This document shows, piece after piece, positions 26,997 through 40,969 of a stretch of DNA of 64,000 nt. How positions within the stretch are numbered: the stretch's first letter is position 1; every line of letters begins with the position of its first letter. Below the pieces are notes generated by a model, which made no database searches, was not told the origin of the DNA, and saw only the letters and a program-made list of their open reading frames with translations. The stretch spans positions 11,408,001 through 11,472,000 of the forward strand of contig NC_043025.1 of assembly GCF_006345805.1 (NCBI RefSeq), read 5' to 3'. This stretch comes from Octopus sinensis. Taxonomy: Eukaryota. Position numbers and translations under genes: made by a program.

Positions 26997-28167
26997 CATA
27001 CATGTGGTAAGTAGCTTGCTAACCAACCACATGGTTCCGGGTTCAGTCCCACTGCATGGCATCTTGGGGAAGTGTCTTCTGCTATAGCCCCGGGCCGACC
27101 AATGCCTTGTGAGTGGATTTGGTAGACGGAAACTGAAAGAAGCCTGTCGTATATATATATGTATGTGTGTGTATGTTTGTGAGTCTGTGTTTGTCCCCCT
27201 AGCATTGCTTGACAACCGATGCTGGTGTGTTTATGTCCCCCGTCACTAAGTAGTTCTGCAAAAAAGAGACCGATAGAATAAGTCCTGGGGTCGATTTGCT
27301 CGACTAAAGGCGGTGCTCCGGCATGGCCGCAGTCAAATGACTGAAACAAATAAAAGAATAAAAAAAGAATGTGAAGGCGCATGGCTCAGTGGTTAGAGCG
27401 TCGAGCTTACGATCGTGAGGTTGTGAGCTCGAATCCCGGACCGGGTTGTTGTGGGTTATGTTCTTGAGCAAGACATTTTATTTCACGTTGCTCCAGTTCA
27501 CTCAGCTGTAGAAATGAGTTACGACGTCACTGGTGCCAAGCTGTATCGGCCCCTTTGCTTTTCCCTTGGATAACACTGGTGGCATGGAGAGGGGAGGCTG
27601 GTATGAATGGGCGACTGCTGGTCTTCCATAAACAACCTCGCCCGGACTTGTGTCTAGGAGGGTAACTTTCTAGGTGCAATCCCATGGTCTGTGTCGTGAC
27701 CGAAGCGGGTCTCCGATTATACATACATACACACATTTCTTGTTTTGTCCTGTACTGTCCATAATATTTTTCTTAATGTAAACCCTTAGTGGTTAATAAA
27801 GAAACCATCATTATTATTATCATTATTTTTTATCACAGGTGTTGTTGGAACTCCTGGAGTCTTGCATGCATAGTAGACTTGCTACCTCCAGCCTGCAGTA
27901 CCATGCTATTTGTTCTTTTCAACTATCTAATACTTTCTTCATTACTCTTACTCTCTTTTACTCTTTTACTTGTTTCAGTCATTTGACTGCGGCCATGCTG
28001 GAGCACCACCTTTAGTTGAGCAAATTGACCCCGGGACTTATTCTTTTTGTAAGCCCAGTACTTATTCTATCGGTCTGTTTTGCCAAACCACTAAGTAACG
28101 GAGACGTAAACACACCAGCATCGGTTATCAAGCAATGCTAGGGGGACAAACACAGACACACAAATAT

Positions 28168-28216
<49 letters not shown>

Positions 28217-31200
28217 CATACATATATACAACAGGCTTCTTTCAGTTTCCGTCTACCAAATCCACTCACAAGGCATTGGTCGGCCCGGGGCTATAGCAGA
28301 AGACACTTGCCCAAGATGCCACGCAGTGGGACTGAACCCGGAACCATGTGGTTGGTTAGCAAGCTACTTATCACACAGCAACTCCTGCTTGTTTCTCTTT
28401 TTCACACTGTTGTTACTGTTGTTGTTGTTACATAAACTTTTATTGTGTAGGGACAGGATCTTACTCGAAGAAAATGGTTTTGTGAAAAAAGTGCCAGTTA
28501 GAAATTCCATGAAAGGGCCCGAGATATTTGTGAATTTAATCAGTTTTGATTGGGGTGAGTATGATTAATTAATTGTGCTTACATTAATTAATATATGTAC
28601 TGTCTGTTGTTGTTTTATTCAAACTTAGTGTATCTAGGACTACATTATCTAATGTGTCCTTCCTTATTGTTGTTTAGCCCCAGGTCAGCCCTGATTCAGC
28701 AGACCTATGATCAAAGATGTTCCAGGTGTCACCCTCCTGTTTTTGATTCAGGCATAGTGTATCTAGGACTACATTATCTAATGTGTCCTTCCTTATTGTT
28801 GTTTAGCCCCAGGTCAGTCCTGATCCAGTCAGACCTATGATCAAAGACATTCCAGCTGTGACCGTCCTGTTTTTGATTCAGGCATAGTGTATCTAGGACT
28901 ACATTGTCTAATGTGTCCTTCCTTATTGTTGTTTAGCCCCAGGTATATCCTGATCCAGTCAGACCTATGATCAAAGACATTCCAGCTGTGACTATCCTGT
29001 CTTTTATTCTGGGATTACACTATCTAATGCATCTTTGTTGTTGTTGGTTGTGGTGTTTAACCCGTGGTCAGTTTTGATCCTGCAGACCTGTAATCAAAAG
29101 TGTTCCAGCTATGACTGTCATGCCTTTTATTGAGGCAAAATTTATCTAAGAATGTATTATCTAATATATGGATGGAAGCACTTCGTCGGTTACGACGATG
29201 AGGGTTCCGGTTGATCTGAATCAACGGAACAGCCTGCTCGTGAAATTAACATGTAAGTGGCTGAGCACTCCACAGACACGTGCACCCTTAACGTAGTTCT
29301 CGGGGATATTCAGCGTGACACAGAGAGTGACAAGGCCGACCCTTTGAAATACAGGTACAACAGAAACAGGAAGTAAGAGTGAGAGAAAGTTGTGGTGAAA
29401 GAGTACAGCAGGGATCACCACCATCCCCTGCCGGAGCCCCGTGGTTCTTTTAGGTGTTTTCGCTCAATAAACACTCACAACGCCCGGTCTGGGAATCGAA
29501 ACCGCGATCCTATGACCGCGAGTCCGCTGCCCTAACCACTGGGCCATTGCGCCTCCACAGGTACAACAGAAACAGGAAGTAAGAGTGAGAGAAAGTTGTG
29601 GTGAAATAGTACAGCAGGGATCACCACCATCCCCTGCCGGAGCCTCGTGGAGCTTTAGGTGTTTTTGCTCAATAAACACTCACAACGCCCGGTCTGGGAA
29701 TCGAAACCACGAGTCCACTGCCCTAACGTCTGGGCCATTGCGCCTCCACTATCTAATATATACACTCAACAAGGTTTTTTTTTTTTTCTTGTTTCAGTCA
29801 TTTGACTGCGGCCATGCTGGAGCACCGCCTTTAGTCGAGCAAATCGACCCCGGGACTTATTCTTTGTAAGCCCAGTACTTATTCTATCGGTCTCTTTTTG
29901 CTGAACTGCTAAGTGACGGGGACGTAAACACACCAGCATCGGTTGTCAAGCAATGCTAGGGGGACAAACACAGACACACAAACATACACACACACATATA
30001 TATATATATACATATATACACGAGAGGCTTCTTTCAGTTTCCGTCTACCAAATCCATTCACAAGGCTTTGGTTGGCCTGAGGTTATAGTAGAAGACACTT
30101 GCCCAAGGTGCCATGCAGTGGGACTGAACCCGGAACCATGTGGTTGGTTAGCTAGCTACTTACCACACAGCCACTCCAAACAATAACGGCGACAACCATG
30201 TCTTGTATTTTCTAATTCACCAAAATATTAAAGAAATAATAATTCAACTTGCTATTGTTGTTCTTGTTCCAGTTGGTATTGACGTGTCTAGATCTTTTAC
30301 ACCAATTTACCATGATTATTCCTGCCAACCAGAGGTTAGTCACTTTTTCCATAATTTTAGTGGATTGATTTTGTTAATTTTAAAGTAGAAATATAAACAT
30401 TTGTGCCTGTCTTCATGCTCCAGCATGGGTTAAGGTTAGGGGTGGGGGAAGGGTATCTTTTTTTCTTCGCAAATGTAAATAAACCCAATCTGTTTCTTAA
30501 ACGCTCGATTCAAAGTGTCTCTTGACCAGAAATGGCCTGAACTCTTTGTATGACCACCCTCCCTGTGAATAACTCCCTGTCCCCCTACATGGCCTTGCTT
30601 TTGCTTTTTGAGCCCATAAAAATAAAATAAAATAATTAAATTAAGCTAGAGGTACTTGATAGTTTCCATTATTTAGGAGATTAAGTCAGTAGTGGAGGTG
30701 GATTCTCCAAGAGTGTGGCTACAAGAATAATAGGTTGGACAAAGTTCAGAGAGCCTCTATGTGTGTGTGTGTGTGTGTGAATATGTACATGTATGTGTAA
30801 ATGTGCACATTTTCATTTATCTGTTAGAATTATCTATTCTGTGCCGTATGAATATGTCCCTCGTTTAAGAAAAAGATTGGGTTTATTTACATTTGTGAAG
30901 AAAAAAAGATACATACATTCATACAGCACAGAATGTTGTTTACGTCAATGGAGGTCAGCGATTGGTTGAAATTACTGAAATGCTCGAAATTAAAGTGGAA
31001 ATATCTTACAAACTCTAGAATTTTCTCAATAAAGCCAAGAGAATAAGATGTTTTATAAACACATTCTACCAGTATACGAAGTTTAACCCCAGGTCAGTCC
31101 TGATCCAACAGACCTGTGATCAAAGGTGTTCCAGCTGTGACTATCCTGCCTTTTATTCTGGGATTACACTATCTAATGCATCTTAACTAGAAATTGTGTT

Positions 31201-34200
31201 GACATGTGCCGTTCAAAAGGAAAAGATCCCAATTTCATATGACACTGCTAGGAAAAACTACAGTAATTAATGGAACATTCCAAAATCAAACCACATTGAA
31301 TAGGTGACTGTAACAACCAGTTATACCTTCCAGTAAATAATGGAACATTCCAGAATCAGACCACATTGAACTGATGCCTGTAACAAGTTGTACCCACCAA
31401 TGAGTAATGGAACATTCCAGAATTGGGCCATATTGATCTGGTGTGTGTAAGAACCAGTTATACATTACAATAAGAAATGGAACATTCCATAACAACCATT
31501 TATACTCTTCTGTAATTAATGCATATAACCCGAACTAGGATGTTTATGGAAGACTAGCAGTCGCTCATGCATACCGGCCTCCCCTCTCCACGCCACCAGT
31601 GTTATCCAAGGTCCCATTCCTCCAAACAGTCTTTGTTGGAAAGTGCGTATTTTCCACATTTCTTGTCAAGAACCATTTAGAAAACTCCACTCTTTAGTTC
31701 GGGTTATATGCATTAATTACAGAAGAGTATAAATGGTTGTTATGGAATGTTCCATTTCTTATTGTAATGTATAACTGGTTCTTACACACACCAGATCAAT
31801 ATGGCCCAATTCTGGAATGTTCCATTACTCATTGGTGGGTACAACTTGTTACAGGCATCAGTTCAATGTGGTCTGATTCTGGAATGTTCCATTATTTACT
31901 GGAAGGTATAACTGGTTGTTACAGTCACCTATTCAATGTGGTTTGATTTTGGAATGTTCCATTAATTACTGTAGGGATGTTACTAGTACTAGACCAATAT
32001 GATCTGTTTCTGGAATGTTCCATTTTGCTACCATTGTATCTACTATCCTCTTGTTTTACCATTTTGTCTTCACACAGGTGGCACTGAGACTACCTGCTTC
32101 CTCCTTACCCAACAAGGTGTGTCACCAACCTGACACCAAACCCAGACAAGCACCAAGTAAGATCCATTCTATTGATGCATTGAATTTTCATTACCTTGAT
32201 CATCATCATCATCCAACCATCATCACCACCATCATCATAACCATCATCTCCACTTTTATCATCATCCAATGATCATTATTACTACACCACTGCCACCACT
32301 ACCACAAATACTGTAGTAAATTTACCTATCATGATATACTAACATTAGGTAGCAAAATACACAACTGACTATTTTAATCTAATACTGTGTGTGCACCTGT
32401 GCTGGTGCCATGTAAAAAGACACCCAATACACACTATAAAGTGATTGGCATTAGGAGGGGCATTCAACCATAGAAACTCGACAACACTACACCTGATCTT
32501 CTCCCCTCCATACACACGGTGAAGCATGGAACAAACTGCCGGCATCAGTTGTTAGTTGTCGGAGCACTGCATCCTTCAAAACTTCCATGCTTCCTGAGAT
32601 TCGCCAACACTACACCTGATTTTTCTCCCCTCCATACACACGCTGAAGCATGGAACAAACTGCCGGCATCAGTTGTTAGTTATCGGAGCACTGCATCCTT
32701 CAAAACTTCCATGCTTCCTGAGATTTGCCAACACTACACCTGATTTTTCTCCCCTCCATACACACGCTGAAGCATGGAACAAACTGCCGGCATCAGTTGT
32801 TAGTTGTCGGAGCACTGCATCCTTCAAAACTTCCATGCTTCCTGAGATTCGCCAACACTACACCTGATTTTTCTCCCCTCCATACACACGCTGAAGCATG
32901 GAACAAACTGCCGGCATCAGTTGTTAGTTATCGGAGCACTGCATCCTTCAAAACTTCCATGCTTCCTGAGATTCGCCAACACTACACCTGATCTTCTCCC
33001 CTCCATACACACGCTGAAGCATGGAACAAACTGCCGGCATCAGTTGTTAGTTGTCGGAGCACTGCATCCTTCAAAACTTCCATGCTTCCTGAGATTTGCC
33101 AACACTACACCTGATTTTTCTCCCCTCCATACACACGCTGAAGCATGGAACAAACTGCCGGCATCAGTTGTTAGTTATCGGAGCACTGCATCCTTCAAAA
33201 CTTCCATGCTTCCTGAGATTCGCCAACACTACACCTGATCTTCTCCCCTCCATACACACGCTGAAGCATGGAACAAACTGCCGGCATCAGTTGTTAGTTG
33301 TCGGAACACTGCATCCTTCAAAACTTCCATGCTTCCTGAGATTTGCCAACACTACACCTGATTTTTCTCCCCTCCATACACACGCTGAAGCATGGAACAA
33401 ACTGCCGGCATCAGTTGTTAGTTATCGGAGCACTGCATCCTTCAAAACTTCCATGCTTCCTGAGATTCGCCAACACTACACCTGATCTTCTCCCCTCCAT
33501 ACACACGCTGAAGCATGGAACAAACTGCCGGCATCAGTTGTTAGTTGTCGGAGCACTGCATCCTTCAAAACTTCCATGCTTCCTGAGATTTGCCAACACT
33601 ACACCTGATTTTTCTCCCCTCCATACACACGCTGAAGCATGGAACAAACTGCCGGCATCAGTTGTTAGTTATCGGAGCACTGCATCCTTCAAAACTTCCA
33701 TGCTTCCTGAGATTCGCCAACACTACACCTGATCTTCTCCCCTCCATACACACGCTGAAGCATGGAACAAACTGCCGGCATCAGTTGTTAGTTGTCGGAG
33801 CACTGCATCCTTCAAAACTTCCATGCTTCCTGAGATTTGCCAACACTACACCTGATTTTTCTCCCCTCCATACACACACAAGCATGTATCTGACTCATAC
33901 ATTGTTCGCTTTCCAGACATTTGTACATTACTGCATATGCTTTATATGCACTTTTGACAAATTGTGGTGCACCTGAGCACTGTATACTATAATTTCATTA
34001 TTATTATTATATACAACAAACAGGTGCCTGGTGTAGCTTTCTATCTTACCAGCTCCAGTTGAACTGTCCAACCCACCCATGCCCACATGGAGAACAGATG
34101 TTAAACTGTGATGATGATGATCATCATCATTGTCATTGTGAAGGCACATGGCCTAGTAGTTAGGTGTGCTGCACTTATGATCGTGAGATCATAGTTTCTA

Positions 34201-37200
34201 TTCCCAGTCCAGCTGTGCACTGTGTTCTTGAGCCAAACACCTTATTTCACGTTGCTACTGTTCATGTGAAGGCGCATGGCTCAGTGGTTAGAGCATCGAG
34301 CTTACAATCGTAAGGTTGTGAGTTCGATTCCCGGACTGGGCTATGTGTTGTGTTCTTGGGCAAGACACTTTATTTCACGTTGCTCTAGTTCACTCAGATG
34401 TAGAATGAGTTGCGACGTCACAGGTGCCGAGCTGTATTGGCCCCTTTGCCTTTCTCTTGGATAACACTGGTGGCATGGAGAGGAGAGGCCAGTATGCATG
34501 AACGACTGCTGGTCTTCCATAAACAACCTTGCTCAGACTTGTGACTAGGAGGGTAACTGTCTATGTGCAATCCCATGGTCTGTGTCATGACAGAAGGGGG
34601 TCTCAGATTTTCTCTCTCTCTTGTAGACTGTTCATTCAGCTGTAAATCTGTAACCTTGCAATGAACTAGTCTTCCAATCAGGGGTGATGATGATCTGCTC
34701 ACTTAGCTAGCAGGTTGACATCATTTGAAAGCTAAAATGATGCAAAGCGCATTGTGACCAGCAATGTATAGCAACATCCAATAGTCTAGTCAGTCGTGAT
34801 CATAAGATATATATCAATTATCATCATTTAACATCCTTTTTTTTTTCCAAACTGGTAGCGTGGGCTGCGGGGTCACTCTGAAAAGCTCTATCTATGACGA
34901 TTTCATCTCAATCGAAGGAGAGGGGCTTTCTCTGTCCGGGTTGTGGATCCGTGGAATAAGCTGCCAAACGAGATAGTGAAGATGCCGACGACCGCTTGGC
35001 TCAAAGTCTCTCTTGACCAGAAATGGCCTGAACTCTTTGTATGACCACCCTCCCTGTACATAACTCCCTGTCCCCCTACATGGCCTTGCTTTTGCTTTTT
35101 GAGCCAATAAAAATTGAATTGAATTGAGTTGGATGGTTTGACAAGAACAGACAAGCCAGGGGCATTCACAAAGTGCTATATCTGCTTTGGCATGGTCTCT
35201 TCTGCTGGATGCCCTTCCTAATGCCAACCCCTTCACAGAAATGAAGCTAGTATGCTTTGCTGGATGTCCAATATCATTGTGCATATATGACATAGTGTAA
35301 GCATCTTGAGATGTATGTATGTAGGTATTAGCCACCGACGAAGCTGCAGATGCAAAATATGAGTTAGTCCTTGAGCACACAATGTTCCTGAAGGTCGGCA
35401 ATGGTCTTCCTCGGTCACGAGTGGATGGCCCTAATGTACACCTTTTTAGGGTACGGGGCATTTCTCCAACTCCATGCTTTTCTAATCCCAACCAATTGAC
35501 TTGCTAATGGTCTCTTATTTCAGGTAAAGATAACACAAAATGCCAACACAGGTGTCTCAACAAAAAGGAGTGTAGCCATCAATGTTGTAAAGTTGGGGTG
35601 AAGAAGCCACAGAGGTCAGGGGTCACAAGAAATCCAAGGCGAATGCAGGTTAATGGTGGTGGTGGTGGTGGCATTGGCCAGGTATCAGGGATGGGCCAAT
35701 CCCAGAACTACCAAGAACAGCAGCAAAAGCAGCAGCAGACCCCTGTTGTAAAGGGCCAGAGCAGTATGTACCAATATATGGATGATCTCAAGGAGAAATT
35801 GAAGGGTTTTAAGCAGACCCCTATTAAAAGACTCAAGGTAAGGTAGAATATGCTTGTGTATGTGTGTTTATATATGTGTGTGTATGTGTGTGTGTGTTTA
35901 TATATGTGTGTGTAGAGAGAGAGAGAGAAATCACAAATTCCTTCAGATAGTTGGCGCTGCTTGATCTATTGAAAAGGCTTAGGTAGAAACTCCATAAGAT
36001 GTACCCAGGGTAAGCTATGGACATAGAGGTGCAGCGATATCAGAGGAAGATTAACTGGGAAAGTGGTTGTTGTGTGTGGAAGGTGCACAGGTACAATAAT
36101 GTCTGAAAATGTACAGAAAACAGACTCCAAGAATTGCCAGTAGGCAATCGAAGGAGAGGGGCTTTCTCCGTCCGGGTTGCAGATCCGTGGAATAAGCTGC
36201 CGGATGAGATAGAGAAGATGCCGACGACCGCTCGATTCAAAGTGTCTCTTGACCAGAAATGGCCTGAACTCTTTGCATGACCATCCTCCCTGTGCATAAC
36301 TCCCTGTCCCCCTACATGGCCTTGCTTTTGCTTTTTGAGCCCATAAAAATTAAATTAAATAATTAAATTAAGCTAGAGGTAGTTGATAGTTTCCATTATT
36401 TCGGAGATTAAGTCAGTAGTGGAGGTGGATTCTCCAAGAGTGTGGCTACAAGAGTAATAGGTTGGAAAAAGTTCAGAGAGCCTCTATGTGTGTGTGTTTG
36501 AATATGTACATGTATGTGTAAATGTACACATTTTCATCTATCTGTTAGAATTATCTATTCTGTGCCGTATGAATATGTCCCTCGTTTAAGAAAAAGATTG
36601 GGTTTATTTACATTTGTGAAGAAAAAAAGATACCCTTACCTCCACCCCTAACCCTAACTCTAAAACAGATTGAAATGCAATAGATCGATTCTAGGGTCAT
36701 AATAATTATGGGTGACAATTTCATATGACACCACTAGAAAAAAACTGCCGTTCAAACCGAAAAGATCCGAAAAATCAAACGTTTCAACTTTGTGTTAGTA
36801 TATGTATGTGTGTGTGTGTGTGTGTGTGTACAAGGGAAGTATGTGAATGTTTGTATGTGTGAACCAGTGTTCTTTCAGTAATAAATGATGATCGATGTCA
36901 CATCTCAAAAGACAATCACTAGATAACATTGACAAGTGTATTAATTTGATTTACTATCCATATTCTATCTGTCTTGTTAATAATAATTATTAGTCACACA
37001 CATACACACACACCTACACAAACATATACAAACTCATTAGAGAAAATAATTATTACCTGAATGTATCAAGAATATGAAACGACTCCAGGTGAAAGGTATA
37101 TTATAAATCACCGTGACCGACCAGGCCATCAGATGTTGTTGCACATCGCTGGTCACAATGCGCTTCGCATTGTTTTAGCCTTCAAATGACACCACCCCGC

Positions 37201-37658
37201 TGGCTAAGCGAGCAGGTCAACAGAAGAAAGAGTGAGAGAAAGTTGTGGCGAAAGAGTACAGCAGGGATCGCCACCACCCCCTGCAGGAGCCTCGTGGAGC
37301 TTTAGGTGTTTTCGCTCAATAAACACTCACAACGCCTGGTCTGGGAATCGAAACCGCGATCCTACGACCGCGAGTCCGCTGCCCTAACCACTAGGCCATT
37401 GCGCCTCCACATATTATAAATACACATCTTAATTTAACAGCTTATACATGTCCCTAATTTATTTATATTAAGAAATTTTTACTACCATCATAATAGGCGC
37501 AGGAGTGTCTGTGTGGTAAGTAGCTTGCTTACCAACCACATGGTTCCGGGTTCAGTCCCACTGCGTGGCATCTTGGGCAAGTGTCTTCTGCTATAGCCCC
37601 GGGCCGACCAATGCCTTGTGAGTGGATTTGGTAGACAGAAACTGAAAGAAGCCCGTCG

Positions 37659-37689
<31 letters not shown>

Positions 37690-40614
37690 GTGTGTGTATA
37701 TGTTTGTGTGTCTGTGTTTGTCCCCCTAGCATTGCTTGACAACCGATGCTGGTGTGTTTATGTCCCCGTCATTTAGCAGTTCGGCAAAAAGAGACCGATA
37801 GAATAAGTACTGGGCTTACAAAGAATAAGTCCCGGGGTCGATTTGCTCGACTAAAGGCGGTGCTCCAGCATGGCCGCAGTCAAATGACTCAAACAAGTAA
37901 AAGAGTAAAAGAGAGTATCACCATTCACCATGACGATGACTACTACTACTAACACCACCATCATCACCACCACTTCCACTAACATTCAGATTGATAAACA
38001 CCACTGCTATTGCCACTACCATTCAGACTCACTGCCACTGTTTTGCACTCCACACTCAAACATTGTTATTCAGCCATCAGATGAGAAACACTCAGTACTC
38101 AGCCTACAGCAGTTTGCCTTCAGCTCCAAGGCGAAGCTACCAGCCCTGACTCCTAACAGAACTGACCCCAGTTACACAGACATACCCGACCCTGTCACTG
38201 AGCCCCACTATAATATGGAGAGTGAACCCTGCAGGAATAATTGGCAACAGCTTGAGATGTACAAGAGCACCCGAGAAAAGTTTCTGAACTGCCAAGGTAA
38301 GTGGGGACACAGTGTAAGGCGGTGAGCTGGCAGACACGTTAGCGTGCCGGGCGAAATGCTTAGCGGTATTTTATCTGCCGTTACGTTGTGAGTTCAAATT
38401 CTGCCGAGGTCGACTTTGCCTTTCATCCTTTCGGGGTCGATAAATTAAGTACCAGTTATGTAATCGACTTAATACCTATGTCTGTCCTTGTTTGTCCCCT
38501 CTGTGTTTAGCCCCTTGTGGGTAATAAAGAAATATGTATGAGTGTGTGTTTATCTGTTTCACTAGTTTCAGCCATTGGTCACAGGTCATGCTGGAGCACC
38601 ACTACCTTATAGAGTGTTGTTAATTATAGCTCTCCTCTTTCTGAACTTCGCTGTGTAAACAGTTTTATAGATTACTAGATGGATTTACTCGTGACCCATT
38701 GGGTTACTTCTTCTTCTTACAGCATCCTCCCGGGGTGGGTTGAGCTGGCTTCATTCATCCTCAATGCTGCATCTCTCACAAATGCCGACCCGGCCTGGCG
38801 ATTCAAGGCTAACAACCGCGTCATCTCCAACCACTCCTTATTCCAGCAGCGAACGCCGTAGATATGGGGGCCTAGGTTGGGTTCCAGATCAGCCTTGACC
38901 ATCATCAGCCAGGTTTTTCGTTGTCCACCACATCGCTTTCGCCAACCCTGAAGGGGAGCTGGGGCAATTGCTTCGTAGGTTGGGTTCCAGATCAGCCTTG
39001 ACCGTCATCAGCCAGGTTTTTCGTTGTCCACTACGACGCTTTCGCCAACCCTAAAGGGGAGCTGGGGCAATTGCTTCGTAGGTTGGGTTCCAGATCAGCC
39101 TCGACTGTCATCAGCCAGGTTAATCGTTGTCCACTACGACGCTTTCGCCAACCCTGAAGGGGAGCTGGGGCAATTGCTTCGTAGGTTGGGTTCCAGATCA
39201 GCCTTGATCGTCATCAGCCAGGTTTTTCGTTATCCACTACGACGCTTTCGCCAACCCTGAAGGGGAGCTGGGGCAATTGCTTCGTGGGTTGGGTTCCAGA
39301 TCAGCCTTGACTGTCATCAGCCAGGTTTTTCGTTGTCCACTACTACGCTTTTGCCAACCCTGAAGGGGAGCTGGGGCAATTGCTTCGTGGGTTGGGTTCC
39401 AGATCAGCCTTGACTGTCATCAGCCAGGTTTTTCGTTGTCCACTACGACGCTTTCGCCAACCCTGAGGGGGAGCTGGGGCAATTGCTTCGTGGGTTGGGT
39501 TCCAGATCAGCCTTGACCGTCATCAGCCAGGTTTTTCGTTGTCCACCACATCGCTTTCGCCAACCCTGAAGGGGAGCTGGGGCAATTGCTTCGTAGGTTG
39601 GGTTCCAGATCAGCCTCGACTGTCATCAGCCAGGTTTTTCGTTGTCCGCCACATCGCTTTCGCCAACCCTGAAGGGGAGCTGGGGCAATTGCTTCATAGG
39701 TTGGGTTCCAGATCAGCCTCGACTGTCATCAGCCAGGTTTTTCGTTGTCCACCACATCGCTTTCACCAACCCTGAAAGGGAGCTGGGGCAATTGCTTCAT
39801 AGGTTGGGTTCCAGATCAGCCTCGACTGTCATCAGCCAGGTTTTTCGTTGTCCACCACATCAGCCAGGTTTTTCGTTGAAGGGGAGCTGGGGCAATTGCT
39901 TCGTAGATGAATTCTTCTGGTTGACGACGGAGGGCATGACCCAGCCAACGCAGACATCTCGTTAGGATGACTTGTCGGAGGGAGGTGATTCTGCACAGGT
40001 GTTGCACCGAATTGTTGGGTTACAGTCACTCCAAGTTGAAAATGATGTCAATGTGTGGTGGTAAAGGGAAAAATAGTATTTTATTTAAAATAATAATCTT
40101 TATTGTCTTAATCAAAGAGCAGAAAAACAGACAGTCCTTTCTGTATGTGTATTTCAAACTCCATGTTATACCAAGTGCTAGTAAGGCGAGGCTGGCAACG
40201 ATCACACTCGAATGGTGGCTTTTATGTGCCACTGGCACGGAAGCCGGTTAGCCGCTCTATCAACGATCACGCTCGTATGGTGCTCGTGCCTGTCATCGAA
40301 TTTCACTTTGATTTTGATTATATATATATTATATATATATATAATATATATATATATATATTATATTAATTAGAGATAAAACCACTATTAGGCAAATCAA
40401 ACAATGAAAAACTTAAGCCAATACATAAAATTAATTAATTTATATTATTTTAAATATATATCAAAATTATTAAAAGTTTAATAAAAGATAATGAGTAAAA
40501 CACTACGATCGTTTCATGGCTGTCCAATTCGTAATAATTCGAGTTATGGTTACAGTCAATCTTCAGGTAATTGAAATATTTATCTTAGCGATATATATAT
40601 TTATCACGTGATAT

Positions 40615-40650
<36 letters not shown>

Positions 40651-40937
40651 CACATCACGTGACCGACCAGACCATCAGATGTTGTTACACATCGCTGGTC
40701 ACAATGCGTTCGCATTGTTTTAGCCTTCGAATGATGCCACCCCACTGGCTAAGCGAGCAGGCCAACAGAAGAGTGGTGAAAGAGTACAGCAGGGATCACC
40801 ACCATCCCCTGCTGGAACCCCGTGGAGCTTATAGGTGTTTTCACTCAATAAACACACACAACGCCCGGTCTGGGAATCGAAACCGCGATCCTGCGACCGC
40901 GAGTCCGCTGCCCTAACCACTAGGCCATTGCGCCTCC

Positions 40938-40969
<32 letters not shown>

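Noticed and set aside
27375-27445. tRNA-like heads of SINE families 1-4 as tRNA genes
   Set aside because: A/B boxes present but no acceptor stem closure; each continues into a SINE body
27839-27930. Possible extra exon after TTATCACAG
   Set aside because: No homology or clear donor; exons 14 and 15 already join in phase
32482-33880. CRISPR-like regular arrays (also 16237..17715, 38876..39907)
   Set aside because: Head-to-tail repeats with no unique spacers, TE-derived units, no cas genes, eukaryotic context
35521-35530. AG|GT recursive-splice-like junctions at several exon starts
   Set aside because: Expected from phase-1 introns in Gly/Ser/Cys codons; introns are short; no supporting evidence
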